Source of the DNA: an uncultured Chloroflexia bacterium
GTDB lineage: Bacteria; Chloroflexota; Limnocylindria; Limnocylindrales; CSP1-4
Assembly (NCBI GenBank): GCA_963752475.1
Contig: CAVVYR010000008.1
Location: 64,001-128,000, forward strand
Reading direction: 5' to 3'
Length of the DNA: 64,000 nt
The notes beneath the pieces are model-generated. The model was given only the letters and a program-made list of their open reading frames with translations. It had not been told where the DNA came from and did no database searches. The position numbers and the translations under genes are program-made. This document shows, piece by piece, positions 8,712-18,322 of the stretch (position 1 is the first letter of the stretch; each line of letters opens with the position of its first letter).

Positions 8712-10340
8712 GTGCGAACCGCCGAAGCACTGCTGGGTGCGCTGCGTGAAGCCGGCGCACGAGAGATCTTCGGCATCCCCGGCGACTTCGCGCTGCCCCT
8801 CTTCGAGGTCATCGAGCGCACCCGCACGCTGCCGCTGTATACGCTGAGCCATGAGCCGGCGGTGGGCTTCGCGGCCGACGCGGCAGCCCGCTTCCACGGT
8901 GGGATCGGGGTCGCCGCCATCACCTATGGCGCCGGCGCCTTCAACCTGGTCAACCCGGTCGCCGGCGCCTATGCCGAACGCTCACCGGTCGTCGTGCTCT
9001 CCGGCGCTCCCTCCCTGGCCGAGCGGTCCCGTGGGCTCCTGGTCCACCACCAAGCCCGCACCATCGAGTCGCAGCTCAACGTCTATCGCGAGATCACCTG
9101 CGACCAGGCCGTGCTCGACGACCCCTCGACCGCGGCCGAATCGATCGCCCGTGTCCTGCGCGCCGCGCGCGAGCACTCGCAGCCGGTCTACATCGAGATC
9201 CCGCGCGACATGGTCGCGGCGGAGATCGGCGAGGTGCCGGTGCTGCCGCCTTCCCCTGTCGATCCCGATGCGGTCCGTGCCGCGGCCACCGAGGTCCTCG
9301 ACCGGCTCGCCGCCGCCAACTCCCCGGTCTTGCTCGTCGACGCCGAGATCCGCCGCTTCGGAGTGGAGGCGGAGGTCGCCGAGCTGGCCGAGCTGCTGGG
9401 CATCCCTGTGGTCACGACCTTCATGGGCCGCGGCCTCCTGGCCGACGCACCGAACCCACCCATCGGCACCTACATCGGTGTCGCCGGCCAGCCCGAGATC
9501 ACGCAGCTCGTCGAGGGATCCGATGCCCTCTTCATGCTCGGCGTCATCCTCAGCGACACGAACTTCAGCACGGCCTCGCGCCAGATCGACCTGCGGCACG
9601 CGATCATCGCGGCCGAGCGCCAGGTCCGCCTCGGCTTCCACATCTACCACGACGTGCCGCTGCGCCATCTCGTGGAGGCCATGACCGTGGCGGCCACGCC
9701 CGCCGGCGGACGCCCCTCGCTTCCCTCCCCGCCCGAGCCCCCGACCGGACTCATCGCCGACGAGTCGTCCATCGGTCCGACCGACATCGCGACCGCGGTC
9801 AACGACCTCATGCGTGACCATCGTGCGATGCCCATCTCGTCGGACATGGGCGACTGCCTCTTCACGGCCATGGACATCGAGCACACGGCGCTGGTGGCGC
9901 CGGGCTACTACGCGGGCATGGGCTTCGGCGTTCCCGGCGGTCTCGGCATCCAGGCCGCGACCGGCGAACGGCCGTTGATCCTCGTCGGCGATGGCGCATT
10001 CCAGATGACCGGCTGGGAGCTGGGCAACTGCCAACGCTACGGCTGGGATCCCATCGTCATCGTCTTCAACAACGCCTCGTGGGAGATGCTGCGGGCATTC
10101 GGGCCGCAGGCCGGCTACAACGACCTGCCCGACTGGCCCTTCCACGAGCTGGCCGACTCGCTCGGCGGCGTGGGCATACGTGTCCGGACCCGCCGTGAAC
10201 TGGCCGAGGCGCTCGAACGGGCGGTGGCCGACGAAGGCCGCTTCGTGCTCATCGACGTGGTCATGGAGCGCGGACGCATCTCGAGCACGCTCAGCCGCTA
10301 CGTCGAGGGCTTCGAGCGGCAGCGAGCACGAGGCGCCTGA
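8712..10340 (+). CDS. ipdC: Indolepyruvate/phenylpyruvate decarboxylase (ThDP-dependent), copy 1
   Basis: IFGIPGDFALP, HEPAVGFAAD, LVHHQ, GDGAFQMTGWELGNC..FNNASW ThDP motif. Confidence 0.9.
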   Translation: MRTAEALLGALREAGAREIFGIPGDFALPLFEVIERTRTLPLYTLSHEPAVGFAADAAARFHGGIGVAAITYGAGAFNLVNPVAGAYAERSPVVVLSGAPSLAERSRGLLVHHQARTIESQLNVYREITCDQAVLDDPSTAAESIARVLRAAREHSQPVYIEIPRDMVAAEIGEVPVLPPSPVDPDAVRAAATEVLDRLAAANSPVLLVDAEIRRFGVEAEVAELAELLGIPVVTTFMGRGLLADAPNPPIGTYIGVAGQPEITQLVEGSDALFMLGVILSDTNFSTASRQIDLRHAIIAAERQVRLGFHIYHDVPLRHLVEAMTVAATPAGGRPSLPSPPEPPTGLIADESSIGPTDIATAVNDLMRDHRAMPISSDMGDCLFTAMDIEHTALVAPGYYAGMGFGVPGGLGIQAATGERPLILVGDGAFQMTGWELGNCQRYGWDPIVIVFNNASWEMLRAFGPQAGYNDLPDWPFHELADSLGGVGIRVRTRRELAEALERAVADEGRFVLIDVVMERGRISSTLSRYVEGFERQRARGA

Positions 10341-10349
10341 GCCGGTCCG
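10293..10349 (+). repeat. 57-bp direct repeat, copy 1 (3' end of ipdC1)
   Basis: agccgctacgtcgagggcttcgagcggcagcgagcacgaggcgcctgagccggtccg, identical to 20216-20272. Confidence 0.95.
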
Positions 10350-10355
10350 GCCTCG

Positions 10356-10892
10356 CTAACCGAGCGGCTCTGGGTAGACGCGGTTCGGCGTGTTGCGCCT
10401 GGTCGGCGCGGCCACGAGCTCGACCAGGCAACCGACATCGTCACCGTGCTCGTAGTAGGCGAAACGCCCGTCTCGTGAGAGGCCGAACCCATCGCCGGTC
10501 TGGACAGCGACCCAACCCTGGTCCTCGATCTCGGCGGCGGCGGCGGCGAAGTCGTCGACGTAGAAGTTGAAGTGATGGAGTGAGGCTCCTTGAGCGTCAA
10601 GGTACTCGTGCCAGATGCTCGGACCCTCGAGCGGCTGGATGATCTCCATGGTCAGATCACCCGACAGTGCCAGGCCATAGCGGATCTTGAAGTGCGCCGG
10701 CTGCCCGCGATAGGTCACACCCGTCAAGCCCTCACCGACCGTGTAGATCTTCCAGGGCCCGATGCCGAGTAGCTCCCAGTAGGCCCGGACCGAGGCATCC
10801 ACGTCCGGGACGACCAGGGCGATCTGGCCGACCGGCACACCGAATCGCGATCCACCGGCGAGTGGAGCTGGCACGTTTCCGACTCGTGGCAT
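10356..10892 (-). CDS. VOC family protein (methylmalonyl-CoA epimerase-like, Glyoxalase_4)
   Basis: QIALVVPDVD..GIGPW, MEIIQPLEGPSIWHEYL..LHHF, LVELV. Confidence 0.85.
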   Translation of the reverse strand: MPRVGNVPAPLAGGSRFGVPVGQIALVVPDVDASVRAYWELLGIGPWKIYTVGEGLTGVTYRGQPAHFKIRYGLALSGDLTMEIIQPLEGPSIWHEYLDAQGASLHHFNFYVDDFAAAAAEIEDQGWVAVQTGDGFGLSRDGRFAYYEHGDDVGCLVELVAAPTRRNTPNRVYPEPLG

Positions 10893-10936
10893 GGGGCCCT
10901 CCTCGGCTCCTCACTCGAACGCAGCGGCCCGCGCCC

Positions 10937-10991
10937 TTGACATGGAAGTGCGCCGCGGCCCACAATCCACACTGATTGTAACGCTGTTACA
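10937..10991 (+). promoter_or_regulatory. Sigma70-type promoter with downstream palindromic operator
   Basis: TTGACA (10937-10942), 18 bp, CACAAT (10961-10966); TGTAAC-gct-GTTACA at 10977-10991. Confidence 0.6.
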
Positions 10992-11025
10992 GACAGCTGC
11001 AGAGGTTCAGCACGGGGTGGCCGCG

Positions 11026-11781
11026 ATGTTCCAGGACTTGTTCTCCCTCGAGGGGAAGGTAGCACTGATCACCGGCGGCTCGGGGGCGATCGGACAGGGC
11101 GCAGCACAGGTCTTCCTCGAGCTCGGCGCCAAGGTCATCCTCGCCGGTCGGACCGAGGAGCACCTACGGGCTGCACGCGAAGCCCTGCCAGGCGACGCTG
11201 AGGTCGACACCGTCCTGGGCGATGCCTGTGACCCGACACACGTCGCCGAACTCGTCGAGGCTACCCGGGCGCATGGCGGTGTCGACATCCTCGTGAACAG
11301 CGTCGGCACCAACCGACGCAAGCCGATCCTGGAGGCAACGACCGAGGATCTCGAGTTCCTGTGGCAGGTCAACATGGCCAGCGTCTGGGCGGTGACGCAG
11401 GCGCTGGTGCCGCAGATGGTGGAGAAGGGCTACGGCAAGATCATCAACATGTGCTCGATCGGTTCATTCGTGGGGCTCGAGTTCAAGACCATGTACGCCA
11501 TCACCAAGGGCGCGCTGGCCCAACACACTCGCAGTGCCGCGGTCGAGCTGGCTCCGTACGGCATCAGGGTCAACGGGCTGGCTCCGGGCTACGTGGATAC
11601 GCCGATGACCCACGCCTGGATCCACTCCGAGCGTGAGGCCGAGTACCTGTCGAAGATCCCGCTCGGCAAGTACGCCGAAGTGTCCGACCTGCAGGGCGCG
11701 TTCGCGTTGCTGGCCTCGCCTGCCTCCGACCACATCACCGGCCAGATCGTCGTCATCGACGGCGGTGAGACGATCTGGTAG
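11026..11781 (+). CDS. SDR oxidoreductase (KduD / gluconate 5-dehydrogenase-like)
   Basis: TGGSGAIG, YAITKG (YxxxK), VNGLAPGYVDT, TGQIVVIDGG. Confidence 0.9.
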   Translation: MFQDLFSLEGKVALITGGSGAIGQGAAQVFLELGAKVILAGRTEEHLRAAREALPGDAEVDTVLGDACDPTHVAELVEATRAHGGVDILVNSVGTNRRKPILEATTEDLEFLWQVNMASVWAVTQALVPQMVEKGYGKIINMCSIGSFVGLEFKTMYAITKGALAQHTRSAAVELAPYGIRVNGLAPGYVDTPMTHAWIHSEREAEYLSKIPLGKYAEVSDLQGAFALLASPASDHITGQIVVIDGGETIW

Positions 11782-11809
11782 CCAGGCGCGGCAAGACCGG
11801 AGGAACAAG

Positions 11810-12469
11810 ATGCCTCTCAGGCGAGAAGCCACACTCGGGACGATGCTGGAGAGCGGCGTCGTGGCCGTCGTTCGGGTAGACGAGCCCAGTGGGCTCATCC
11901 CACTTGCCGGTGCGCTGCTGGAGGGCGGGGTCGCCCACACCGAGATCACGATGACCGTGCCGGGCGCGCTTCACGCCATCGAAGCGACGGTCCGCGAGTT
12001 CGGGGATGACGTCTTCGTGGGCGCCGGCACCGCGCTCGATGCCGTGACGGCTCGGTTGGCTATCAGCGCTGGTGCTTCCTTCATCGTAGCCCCCAGCTTC
12101 GATGCCGATGTGGTAGCCATGAGCCACCGCTATGGAGCGGTCGCGATCCCCGGCTGCCTGAGCCCGACTGAGATCATCACCGCCTGGTCGGCCGGCGCCG
12201 ACGTGATCAAGCTCTTCCCTGGACGCGTGGCCACGCCCGGCTACTTCAAGGACATCCTGGGTCCGTATCCCCAGGTGCGGCTGATGCCTACGGGCAACGT
12301 CAACCTCGAAACCACACCTGAGTACATCAAGGCCGGCGCGGTCGGCGTGGGTGTAGGCAAGGCGCTCGTCGATCCGGTCGCGTTCCGAGAGGGCCGCTGG
12401 GCGGACATCACCGACAACGCCCGCCGCTTGCGCACACTGGTCCAAGAAGCGAGGGAGTCGTTGGCGTGA
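11810..12469 (+). CDS. eda: KDPG/KHG aldolase
   Basis: VAVVR, EITMT, VGAGT, IPGCLSPTEI, IKLFPG, MPTGNV; GGAGGA RBS. Confidence 0.9.
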   Translation: MPLRREATLGTMLESGVVAVVRVDEPSGLIPLAGALLEGGVAHTEITMTVPGALHAIEATVREFGDDVFVGAGTALDAVTARLAISAGASFIVAPSFDADVVAMSHRYGAVAIPGCLSPTEIITAWSAGADVIKLFPGRVATPGYFKDILGPYPQVRLMPTGNVNLETTPEYIKAGAVGVGVGKALVDPVAFREGRWADITDNARRLRTLVQEARESLA

Positions 12470-13503
12470 GTGGGAGCCGCTTCAGGATGGTGGCCTTCGG
12501 AGAGCTGCTCATGCGGCTGGAGCCTCCGGGCCACCAGCGCATCGTCCAGGCGGGCTCCTTCGATGTCGGCTACACCGGCGGAGAAGCCAACGCGGCGGCG
12601 TTGCTGGCCGGGCTGGGCGTCGAGACAGCAGCCGTCTCCCGCGTGCCCGCCAACGAGGTCGGACAAGCCTGCATCAACCACTTGCGTCGCTATGGCATCG
12701 ACACGACCCATATCGCGCGCGGCGGCGAGCGGCTGGGTCTCTTCTATCTGGAGACCGGGGCGTCCCAACGCGCCTCGAAGGTCATCTACGATCGTGAGCA
12801 CACATCGCTGCGCAGTGCGTCGGCTGCTGACTTCGACTGGCCAGCCATCCTCGATGGCGCCGACTGGTTGCACTTCTCGGGCACCGCACCGGCGTCGGGG
12901 CCGGTAGTCATCGGTGTCCTCGAAGAGGGGCTCAGGTTGGCCCAGGAGCAGGGAGTCAAGGTCAGTTGCGATCTCAACTACCGTCGCAAACTGTGGACGC
13001 CCGAAGAGGCGCGAGCGGCGATGACTCGCCTGATGCCCTTCGTCGACATACTGATCGGCAACGAGGAGGACGCCATCACCGTCTTCGGTATCACTGCCGA
13101 GCACATCGATGTCGTCCAGGGGGAACTCGATACCGGGTCGTACCGACGTATCGCAGGTGAGCTCATGGAGCGCTATCAGCTGCAGGCAGTGGCGACCACG
13201 CTGCGCACGAGCATCTCGGCGTCCGTCAATCGCTGGGCCGGGCTGCTCTTCGACGGGACCGAGCAGTACCTCAGCCGCACCTACGACATCGATCCCATCG
13301 TTGACCGCGTCGGCGGTGGCGATTCGTTCGCGGGTGGACTCATCTACAGCCTGCTCCATGAGGTGGGGCCACAGGCGTCGGTCGAATTCGCTGTCGCAGC
13401 CTCCTGCCTCAAGCATGCCGTCCCCGGAGACTTCGCCTCCCTGTCGCTGCAGGAGATCGAGGCACTTGCGGGCGGCGATGCCTCGGGCCGAGTCCAACGA
13501 TGA
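12466..13503 (+). CDS. kdgK: 2-keto-3-deoxygluconate kinase (PfkB family)
   Basis: FGELLMRL, GGEANAA, CDLNYRRKLW, DRVGGGDSFAGG. Confidence 0.9.
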   Translation: MSGSRFRMVAFGELLMRLEPPGHQRIVQAGSFDVGYTGGEANAAALLAGLGVETAAVSRVPANEVGQACINHLRRYGIDTTHIARGGERLGLFYLETGASQRASKVIYDREHTSLRSASAADFDWPAILDGADWLHFSGTAPASGPVVIGVLEEGLRLAQEQGVKVSCDLNYRRKLWTPEEARAAMTRLMPFVDILIGNEEDAITVFGITAEHIDVVQGELDTGSYRRIAGELMERYQLQAVATTLRTSISASVNRWAGLLFDGTEQYLSRTYDIDPIVDRVGGGDSFAGGLIYSLLHEVGPQASVEFAVAASCLKHAVPGDFASLSLQEIEALAGGDASGRVQR

Positions 13504-13569
13504 TCTCGGCACGACGTTCGACGCCGATACGACGACGAGACATCGATGTGCGAGAGCTCAGGAGTTGAC

Positions 13570-15276
13570 ATGGCGACGCTACTCGGTCACACGCTTGGAA
13601 CACCCGGGCTGACGCCGCTCGAAGCCCTCGACCTGTTCGCGAAGTCTGGGCTCGACGGTGCCGAGATCATCTGGCTGGACGACTACCGCGGTGCCATCCC
13701 GGAAAGCGACGATGGCCGTGTGGTCGCGGAGGTCAGGGCGCACGCCGACGAGCTGGGCCTGTGCATCGGCGGTCTGACCCCCTATGTGACCGAGCTCAGC
13801 AGCCTTGACGACGATCTCCATGCGCGTGAGATCGCACGGCTGGAGCGGGCGATCGAGGTGGCTCGTGCGCTCGACTGCACACGCATCCGGGTCTACGCCG
13901 GCAAGCTCCTCGGCAACGAGCCCGAGGCTGACATCCCACGCTTGCGGGAGCGCCTGGTCGCTGCCCTCCGCCACCTCGGGCCCTTGGCCAATGACCAGGG
14001 CGTGGTGCTCTGCATCGAGAACCACTTCGGAACCATGACCGTCTCGGCGGCCGATACCGTCTCGATCATCGAGGAGGTCGACACCGTTGGCATCGGCATC
14101 CTCTACGACCAAGCCAATCTGACCTTCACCCGCCGTGAAGACTACGAAGAGGCCGTGGCCTTGCAGGCGCACTGGATCAGCCATGTGCACGTCAAGGATC
14201 TGGAGTGGATCCACCCTGACCGCGAACTCAGGACCGCCAATGTCGCCAGCATCGACAAGTCCGAGCGTGTCCACGCATCACGGATGATCGGCGACGGCGT
14301 CCTGAACTGGAAGGCGATCGTCGCGGCTATCCGCGCGACCGGCTACGACGGCAGCTACTCCCTCGAGTACGAGTACCGCTGGAACCCCGAGGACTTGCCG
14401 GTGCCTGAGGTCGGCTTCCCCGAGAGCGCGCGTCGACTGCGCGACTGCTTCGAATTCGTGAACGGCTCGGGCAGGATCGGTACGAATACCATCGGTCGCA
14501 CGATGCGTATGCTCGAACTCCTCGCGGGTGAGCCACGAGGACTGCGCATCACGGATCTGGCCAACGAGATGGGCCTCAACCGAGCCATCCCCCATCGCGT
14601 ACTGGCCGATCTCATCGGGCTCGGCTATGTCGCCCAGGACCCCCGCACCGAGCGCTACCGCGTGACCTACAAGCTGGGCAGCTTGGGTTTGCGCCAACTG
14701 GAGACCGCCGGCACCATGCGCTGGGCGCAGGACGAGCTCAACAAGCTGGCGGCAAGCACCCGAGAACTCGTGCGCCTGGCTGTCGCGGAGGGGGCCACCC
14801 TGACCTGGGTAGCCAAGGCCCAGGGCTCTGACTCGGCTCTGACCTACGACGGTGTCTCCGGCACGGAGGTCGTGCTGCACGCGACGGCCAGTGGAAAGGC
14901 CTTCCTCGCCACCCTGCCCGTGGCCGAGGCGGAGCGCACCATCGCCGAGCACGGGCTCGATCCCCAGACGAACCGCACCGAGACCGACCTCGAGGGGGTG
15001 CTGCAGGAGCTCGGCCTCACGCGCGAGCGCGGGTATGCCCTCGTAGAGGAGGAGATGGAGGTCGGCGTCTCGGCCATCGCGGCCCCCATCGTGCCGCCGC
15101 AGTCCGTGGATGGCCGGGCCGTCGCTACGGTAAGCATCGCGGGGCCTTCAGCTCGCCTCGACCACGAGCGCATGACGCGATACGCCGACGACCTCGTGGA
15201 GGTCGCCAACGAGCTGGCCGCCCAGTGGCATACCTACGAGTACATGACCGTGCTGGCCGCAGCAGGCGTGGACTGA
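13570..15276 (+). CDS. Sugar-phosphate isomerase/epimerase TIM barrel fused to an IclR-family regulator
   Basis: N-half CIENH, LYDQAN, HVHVKD, SLEYE (AP_endonuc_2); C-half HTH plus LHATASGKAFLA..RERGYA..SAIAAP..SIAGP (IclR). Confidence 0.85.
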   Translation: MATLLGHTLGTPGLTPLEALDLFAKSGLDGAEIIWLDDYRGAIPESDDGRVVAEVRAHADELGLCIGGLTPYVTELSSLDDDLHAREIARLERAIEVARALDCTRIRVYAGKLLGNEPEADIPRLRERLVAALRHLGPLANDQGVVLCIENHFGTMTVSAADTVSIIEEVDTVGIGILYDQANLTFTRREDYEEAVALQAHWISHVHVKDLEWIHPDRELRTANVASIDKSERVHASRMIGDGVLNWKAIVAAIRATGYDGSYSLEYEYRWNPEDLPVPEVGFPESARRLRDCFEFVNGSGRIGTNTIGRTMRMLELLAGEPRGLRITDLANEMGLNRAIPHRVLADLIGLGYVAQDPRTERYRVTYKLGSLGLRQLETAGTMRWAQDELNKLAASTRELVRLAVAEGATLTWVAKAQGSDSALTYDGVSGTEVVLHATASGKAFLATLPVAEAERTIAEHGLDPQTNRTETDLEGVLQELGLTRERGYALVEEEMEVGVSAIAAPIVPPQSVDGRAVATVSIAGPSARLDHERMTRYADDLVEVANELAAQWHTYEYMTVLAAAGVD

Positions 15277-15282
15277 GGGGTC

Positions 15283-16845
15283 ATGATCACTTCGAAGGTG
15301 GTCAGCGCGGCCGGGGCCGTGTCGCTGATCGAGGACGGACAGACGGTCGCCGCAGGCGGCAGCGGTCACCTACTGCAAGTCCCTGACGGCACCCTTGCCG
15401 CGCTGGGCGCCCGCTTCGAAGAGACTGGCGAACCGAGCGGCCTGACGGTCGTGCACACGATGGGCATCGGAGATAACGGCGAGCGGGGCCTGGGCCGCCT
15501 GGCGCGAAAGGGTCTGGTGCGCCGCTTCATCGGTTCACACTACGGGCACAACCCCGAGATCATGCGCATGATCGCCGACGACGAAGTCGAGGCCCTGGGC
15601 ATCCCGGGCGGGACCCTCTCGCTGCTCTATCGCGAGATCGCCGGGCACCGACCGGGTTTGCTGACCAAGGTCGGCATGGGCACGTTCGTCGATCCTCGCG
15701 TGGATGGCGGGCGTCTGAACGAGCGCACCACCGGCAACGTGGCCGAGGTCGTGGAGTTCGCGGGCGAAGAGTGGCTGTTCTACAAGGCCTTCCCCATCGA
15801 CGTGGGCATCATCCGCGCGACCACTGCCGACAACGACGGCAACGTGACCATGGAGGACGAGGCCGGCTTCGCCGACAACCTCGCATTGGCCTCGGCCGTG
15901 CACGTTTCGGGTGGCACGGTCATCGCCGAGGTCAAGCGCCTGGCGCAGGCCGGGACGCTGCCGGCCAAAGAGGTCGTGGTCCCGGGCATCCTCGTCGACG
16001 CCATCGTGGTCGACCCCGACCAGCACCAGACCGGCGCCACCGTCTATAGCCCCTATCTCGCGGGCACGCTGCGGGCCCCGGGCGCATCGATCCCGCGCTT
16101 GCCGACGGGGCCTCGCAAGGTCATCGCCCGACGCGCAGCCGACGAGCTGCACCCGGGAGACATCGTCAACCTGGGCTTCGGCGTCTCCAACGGCGTGGCC
16201 TCGGTGCTGGCCGAGGAAGGGCACTACGAGGACGTCGACTTCAGCATCGAGCAGGGCATCGTCGGCGGCATCCCCGGCGTCGGGCTCGACTCGGGCACGG
16301 CCATCAACGCCGGGGCCTACATCGACGAAGGCGCCCAGTTCGACCTCTACGATGGCGGCGCGCTGGACGTGGCCTGCGTGGCCTTCGGTGAAGTGGACGC
16401 CGTGGGCAACGTCAACGTGAGCAAGCTGGGCGGTCGCGCGGTGGGCCCCGGCGGCTTCATCAACATCACCCAGAACGCCCGCCGCGTCGTCTTCTGCGGC
16501 ACGCTGACCGGCGGCGGGCTGGACATCGGCGTCAGCGAGGCCGGCCTGGAGCTGCGGACCGAGGGCCGCTACCGCAAGTTCGTGGGGCGCACGGCGCACA
16601 TCACCTTCTCGGCCGCGCACGGCGACCCGCGACGCGAGGTCCTCTATGTCACCGAACGCGCCGTCTTCCGGCTGGCGAACGGCGGCCTGGAGCTGATCGA
16701 GGTCGCGCCGGGCATCGACCTCGAGCGGGACGTGCTGGGACAGATGGACTTCGCGCCGGCAGTGGCCGACCAGCTACGGACCATGGATGCACGCCTCTTC
16801 CGCGATGGGTTCATGGGCAACGTCAGACACCTGGTGGAGGACTAG
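15283..16845 (+). CDS. Acyl-CoA:acetate/3-ketoacid CoA transferase (YdiF/Pct family)
   Basis: TKVGMGTFVDPR, VNLGFG, SIEQG (catalytic Glu), GPGGFINITQNA, YVTERAVF. Confidence 0.9.
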   Translation: MITSKVVSAAGAVSLIEDGQTVAAGGSGHLLQVPDGTLAALGARFEETGEPSGLTVVHTMGIGDNGERGLGRLARKGLVRRFIGSHYGHNPEIMRMIADDEVEALGIPGGTLSLLYREIAGHRPGLLTKVGMGTFVDPRVDGGRLNERTTGNVAEVVEFAGEEWLFYKAFPIDVGIIRATTADNDGNVTMEDEAGFADNLALASAVHVSGGTVIAEVKRLAQAGTLPAKEVVVPGILVDAIVVDPDQHQTGATVYSPYLAGTLRAPGASIPRLPTGPRKVIARRAADELHPGDIVNLGFGVSNGVASVLAEEGHYEDVDFSIEQGIVGGIPGVGLDSGTAINAGAYIDEGAQFDLYDGGALDVACVAFGEVDAVGNVNVSKLGGRAVGPGGFINITQNARRVVFCGTLTGGGLDIGVSEAGLELRTEGRYRKFVGRTAHITFSAAHGDPRREVLYVTERAVFRLANGGLELIEVAPGIDLERDVLGQMDFAPAVADQLRTMDARLFRDGFMGNVRHLVED

Positions 16846-16847
16846 AC

Positions 16848-17339
16848 ATGGAAGGTGGCCTCCTGCGCTACGAGGACCTGCACGTCGGGCTCGAGTTCGA
16901 CAGCCCCACCCGCACCATCACCGAGAGCGACGTCATGACCTTCGCGGGCTTGACCGGCGACTACTCGGAGCTCCACACGAGTGCGGCCTTCGCCGAGCAG
17001 ACGCAGTACGGGCGGCGAGTGGCCCATGGCCTGCTGGGCCTGTCAGTGGCGCACGGGCTGATGTGGCCCCGGACCAACGCCATGCGCGACATCGCCATCG
17101 CCCTGCTGGGCATCTCCGACTGGCGCTTCCGGGGCCCCGTCTTCCTGGGCGACACCGTCCGCGTGCGCTACCGCGTGGCCGAGATGCGCGACAGCCGCTC
17201 CAACCCCGAGCAGGCCATCGTGACCTTCGAGGTGGAGGTCTTCAATCAGTCCGGCGAGCTGGTGCAGGGCGGCCGCAAGGTACTGCTCGTTTCCAAGACA
17301 CCGCTGCCCGCCACCAAAGACGATCAGGACCTAACGTAA
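16848..17339 (+). CDS. MaoC-family (R)-specific dehydratase
   Basis: RTITESDVMTFAGLTGDYSELH..RVAHGLL..WRFRGPVFLGDT. Confidence 0.88.
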   Translation: MEGGLLRYEDLHVGLEFDSPTRTITESDVMTFAGLTGDYSELHTSAAFAEQTQYGRRVAHGLLGLSVAHGLMWPRTNAMRDIAIALLGISDWRFRGPVFLGDTVRVRYRVAEMRDSRSNPEQAIVTFEVEVFNQSGELVQGGRKVLLVSKTPLPATKDDQDLT

Positions 17340-17349
17340 CAGTGTTACA
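17335..17349. promoter_or_regulatory. Second copy of the GTAAC-N3-GTTAC palindrome, upstream of the ABC genes
   Basis: cGTAAC-agt-GTTACa, matching 10977-10991. Confidence 0.55.
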
Positions 17350-17388
17350 CTGCGCCAACCAGACGCGACCTGGGGAGACTACAGCCTG

Positions 17389-18234
17389 ATGTCCGACGCC
17401 TCGCGCAACAGCGCCAGCACGTCTGTCGGGCGGTCCACCGAGGAGTGGGATCGCGAACGGCGGAAGCGCAAGGTCCGTCGTGTCTGGTACTCGCTACTAC
17501 CCGTCCTGACCTTCAGCCTGATCCTGCTGGGCTGGTGGGCCTTCGTCGTCATCGCCGATGTGCCCGAGTACATCGTGCCCTCGCCGCTGGACGTGTTCCC
17601 GCGGCTCATCGAGGACCTCGACCGCTTGGTCGAGGAGTCCATGGTCACGATGCAGGAGATCTTCCTGGGCTACTTCCTGGCTGTGGTGCTGGCCATCCCG
17701 CTGGGCCTGTTGCTGGCGATGAACGAGATGGCCAAGCGCGCGCTCTATCCGGCCGTCGTCTTCATCCAGCTCATCCCCAAGATCGCGGTGGCGCCGCTGT
17801 TCCTCGTCTGGTTCGGCTTCGGCATGCAGTCCAAGGTCCTGCTGGTCTTCCTGCTGACCTACTTCCCGCTGCTGCTCGCGAGCATGGCCGGCTTCTCCAT
17901 CCTCGACGACCGGCTGCTCCACCTCACCCGTTCCATGGGTGCCTCGCAGCTGCAGACGTTCCGCTACCTGCGTTTGCCCAGTGCCCTGCCCATCATCTTC
18001 AGCGGCCTCAAGACCTCGGCCACCATCGCCGCCACGGCCGCCATCGTGGCCGAGTTCGTGGGTGCCAACAAGGGTCTGGGCTACCTGCTCCTGGAAGCCA
18101 CATCCACGCTCGATACCGAACTCATCTTCGCCATCATCCTCGTGCTCACGCTCATCGGCATCGGTCTCAACTACCTTGTCGAGTTCGTCGAGTACTTCAC
18201 CACGCCCTGGACGCGTAAGGCCAAGGAACAATGA
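17389..18234 (+). CDS. ABC transporter permease (NitT/TauT/SsuC family)
   Basis: YIVPSP, IPKIAVAPLFLVWFGFG, LRLPSALP, AEFVGANKGLGY. Confidence 0.92.
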   Translation: MSDASRNSASTSVGRSTEEWDRERRKRKVRRVWYSLLPVLTFSLILLGWWAFVVIADVPEYIVPSPLDVFPRLIEDLDRLVEESMVTMQEIFLGYFLAVVLAIPLGLLLAMNEMAKRALYPAVVFIQLIPKIAVAPLFLVWFGFGMQSKVLLVFLLTYFPLLLASMAGFSILDDRLLHLTRSMGASQLQTFRYLRLPSALPIIFSGLKTSATIAATAAIVAEFVGANKGLGYLLLEATSTLDTELIFAIILVLTLIGIGLNYLVEFVEYFTTPWTRKAKEQ

Positions 18235-18322
18235 CCAACCGAATCGAGTAGGAAGTGTCGGAGCACCCGGAGTCCTCGTCCAGGGGGGTCTCGACGGTGC
18301 TCCGCAAGACAAGGAGGAGTCC

